DNA of 63,645 nt, filler included, from Octopus bimaculoides (lineage: Eukaryota), in NCBI RefSeq assembly GCF_001194135.2. It is 7 parts of 7 records of this genome, joined end to end, with 100 filler letters (N's around TTAATTAATTAA, not from the genome) between each part and the next. Parts side by side here need not be neighbours in the genome. Positions count along the whole stretch, not along the records: positions 61,333 to 63,645 come from NC_068993.1; 6 more parts are not named here. The stretch is one strand, 5' to 3'. Below the pieces are notes generated by a model. That model was not told where the DNA came from, searched no databases, and worked only from the letters and a program-made list of their open reading frames with translations. Both the position numbers and the translations under genes were made by a program. Of the stretch, positions 62,835 through 63,645 are shown one piece after another (positions within the stretch are counted from its first letter, which is position 1; each line of letters opens with the position of its first letter).

Positions 62835-63340
62835 TTGAGGACACCTTTAATATAATCAAGAGCCCCCGAGACAAAAGACAAAACGCATCAACTGATAACA
62901 ATTGCAAGCAGTGCAAAATCCAAACTGAAAAACATCAGTCACATCATTAACAGCTGTAAAGGAATGTCTCCGAGATGTTACCTTTCTATAAGACGTGAAA
63001 TGTTAGCCAGGATAATCTGAAATAGAATAAGAGAAAAATAACAATTAATAAAGATGAACCCATTGAGACAGAAGGATGAAAAGAATATTGCTAGAACTTT
63101 AAATAAAAACAGCTATAAAATGAAACACAACCGATTTGATATTGTTGTTTGAAGCCACAACATAGGAAAAAAACTACATGTGCTGTGTAGAAGTAAGATA
63201 CCTACTCGTTATCAACGTGGTAACATACAAGAAAAAGAGGACAATTGTGGATCCTTGATCAGAAGTCTGTAAATCCAGTACACAGAATATACTTTTGGCA
63301 TTATACTTATAATTACCGGAGCTATAGGATATATCAGACG
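62835..63340 (+). pseudogene. R2/R4-type LINE C-terminal fragment (CCHC knuckle plus restriction-like endonuclease), decayed
   Basis: NCKQCKIQTE/NISHIINSC..YLSIRREMLA..KHNRFDIVV..CVEV..EKEDNCGSLIRSL*IQYTEYTFGIILIITGAIGY (CxxC..H..C; decayed RPDIVV; GAxG). Confidence 0.7.
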
Positions 63341-63645
63341 CGGACGATATTCGTTCGCAATATGACTGTCTCAGAAAAAAATAAAACAGCGTGTTTATAT
63401 TTTTGAGATATATTCGTCAAATTTGGGTCAGTTTGTCTTCATGGCACGCTCTGTTGATCTAACTCGATGAACCCGCTTTGGCCTCAATATATATATGTAT
63501 ACATCCATATATATATATATATATGTATGTATATAAATATATATATATTCAACTCTTTAATTCTTTATATTGTTTCAGCTTTAAAGCTGCGGTCATGCTG
63601 GGGCACCACCGTTGAATCTCTCTATCTCTCTCTCTCTCTCTCTCT

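Overview
Eukaryotic, AT-rich, microsatellite-saturated draft-assembly DNA with many N gaps. The repeat families and (TA)/(CA)/(TAA) density look like a coleoid cephalopod, most likely Octopus (recognition from memory, not a database result). No intact, recognisable host gene, rRNA, true tRNA or CRISPR array is supported, and nearly all ORFs in the six-frame track are translated microsatellites or N-runs. Supported content: about 30 copies of four tRNA-derived SINE families (labelled A-D here); a decayed Gypsy LTR element (5' LTR, tRNA-Ser(GCU) primer-binding site, gag); R4/Dong-like, CR1-like and RTE LINE fragments; a Penelope-like GIY-YIG remnant; a mariner transposase remnant; five foldback/MITE-like inverted repeats and a TTAA-flanked MITE candidate; three Penelope-type minimal hammerhead ribozyme motifs (one core-intact); and six artificial TTAATTAATTAA scaffolding spacers. 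The best leads are: the hammerhead at 42.9 kb with its own 70-nt inverted antisense copy; a CpG-decayed block (53.7-61.2 kb) that coincides with one scaffolded segment; a near-perfect SINE-derived 110-nt hairpin; (TAA)n-embedded Dong-like ends; and a candidate first coding exon at 26.6-26.8 kb (minus strand). I did not find a clearly novel multi-gene system. Repeat boundaries are by eye (about +/-10-20 nt).
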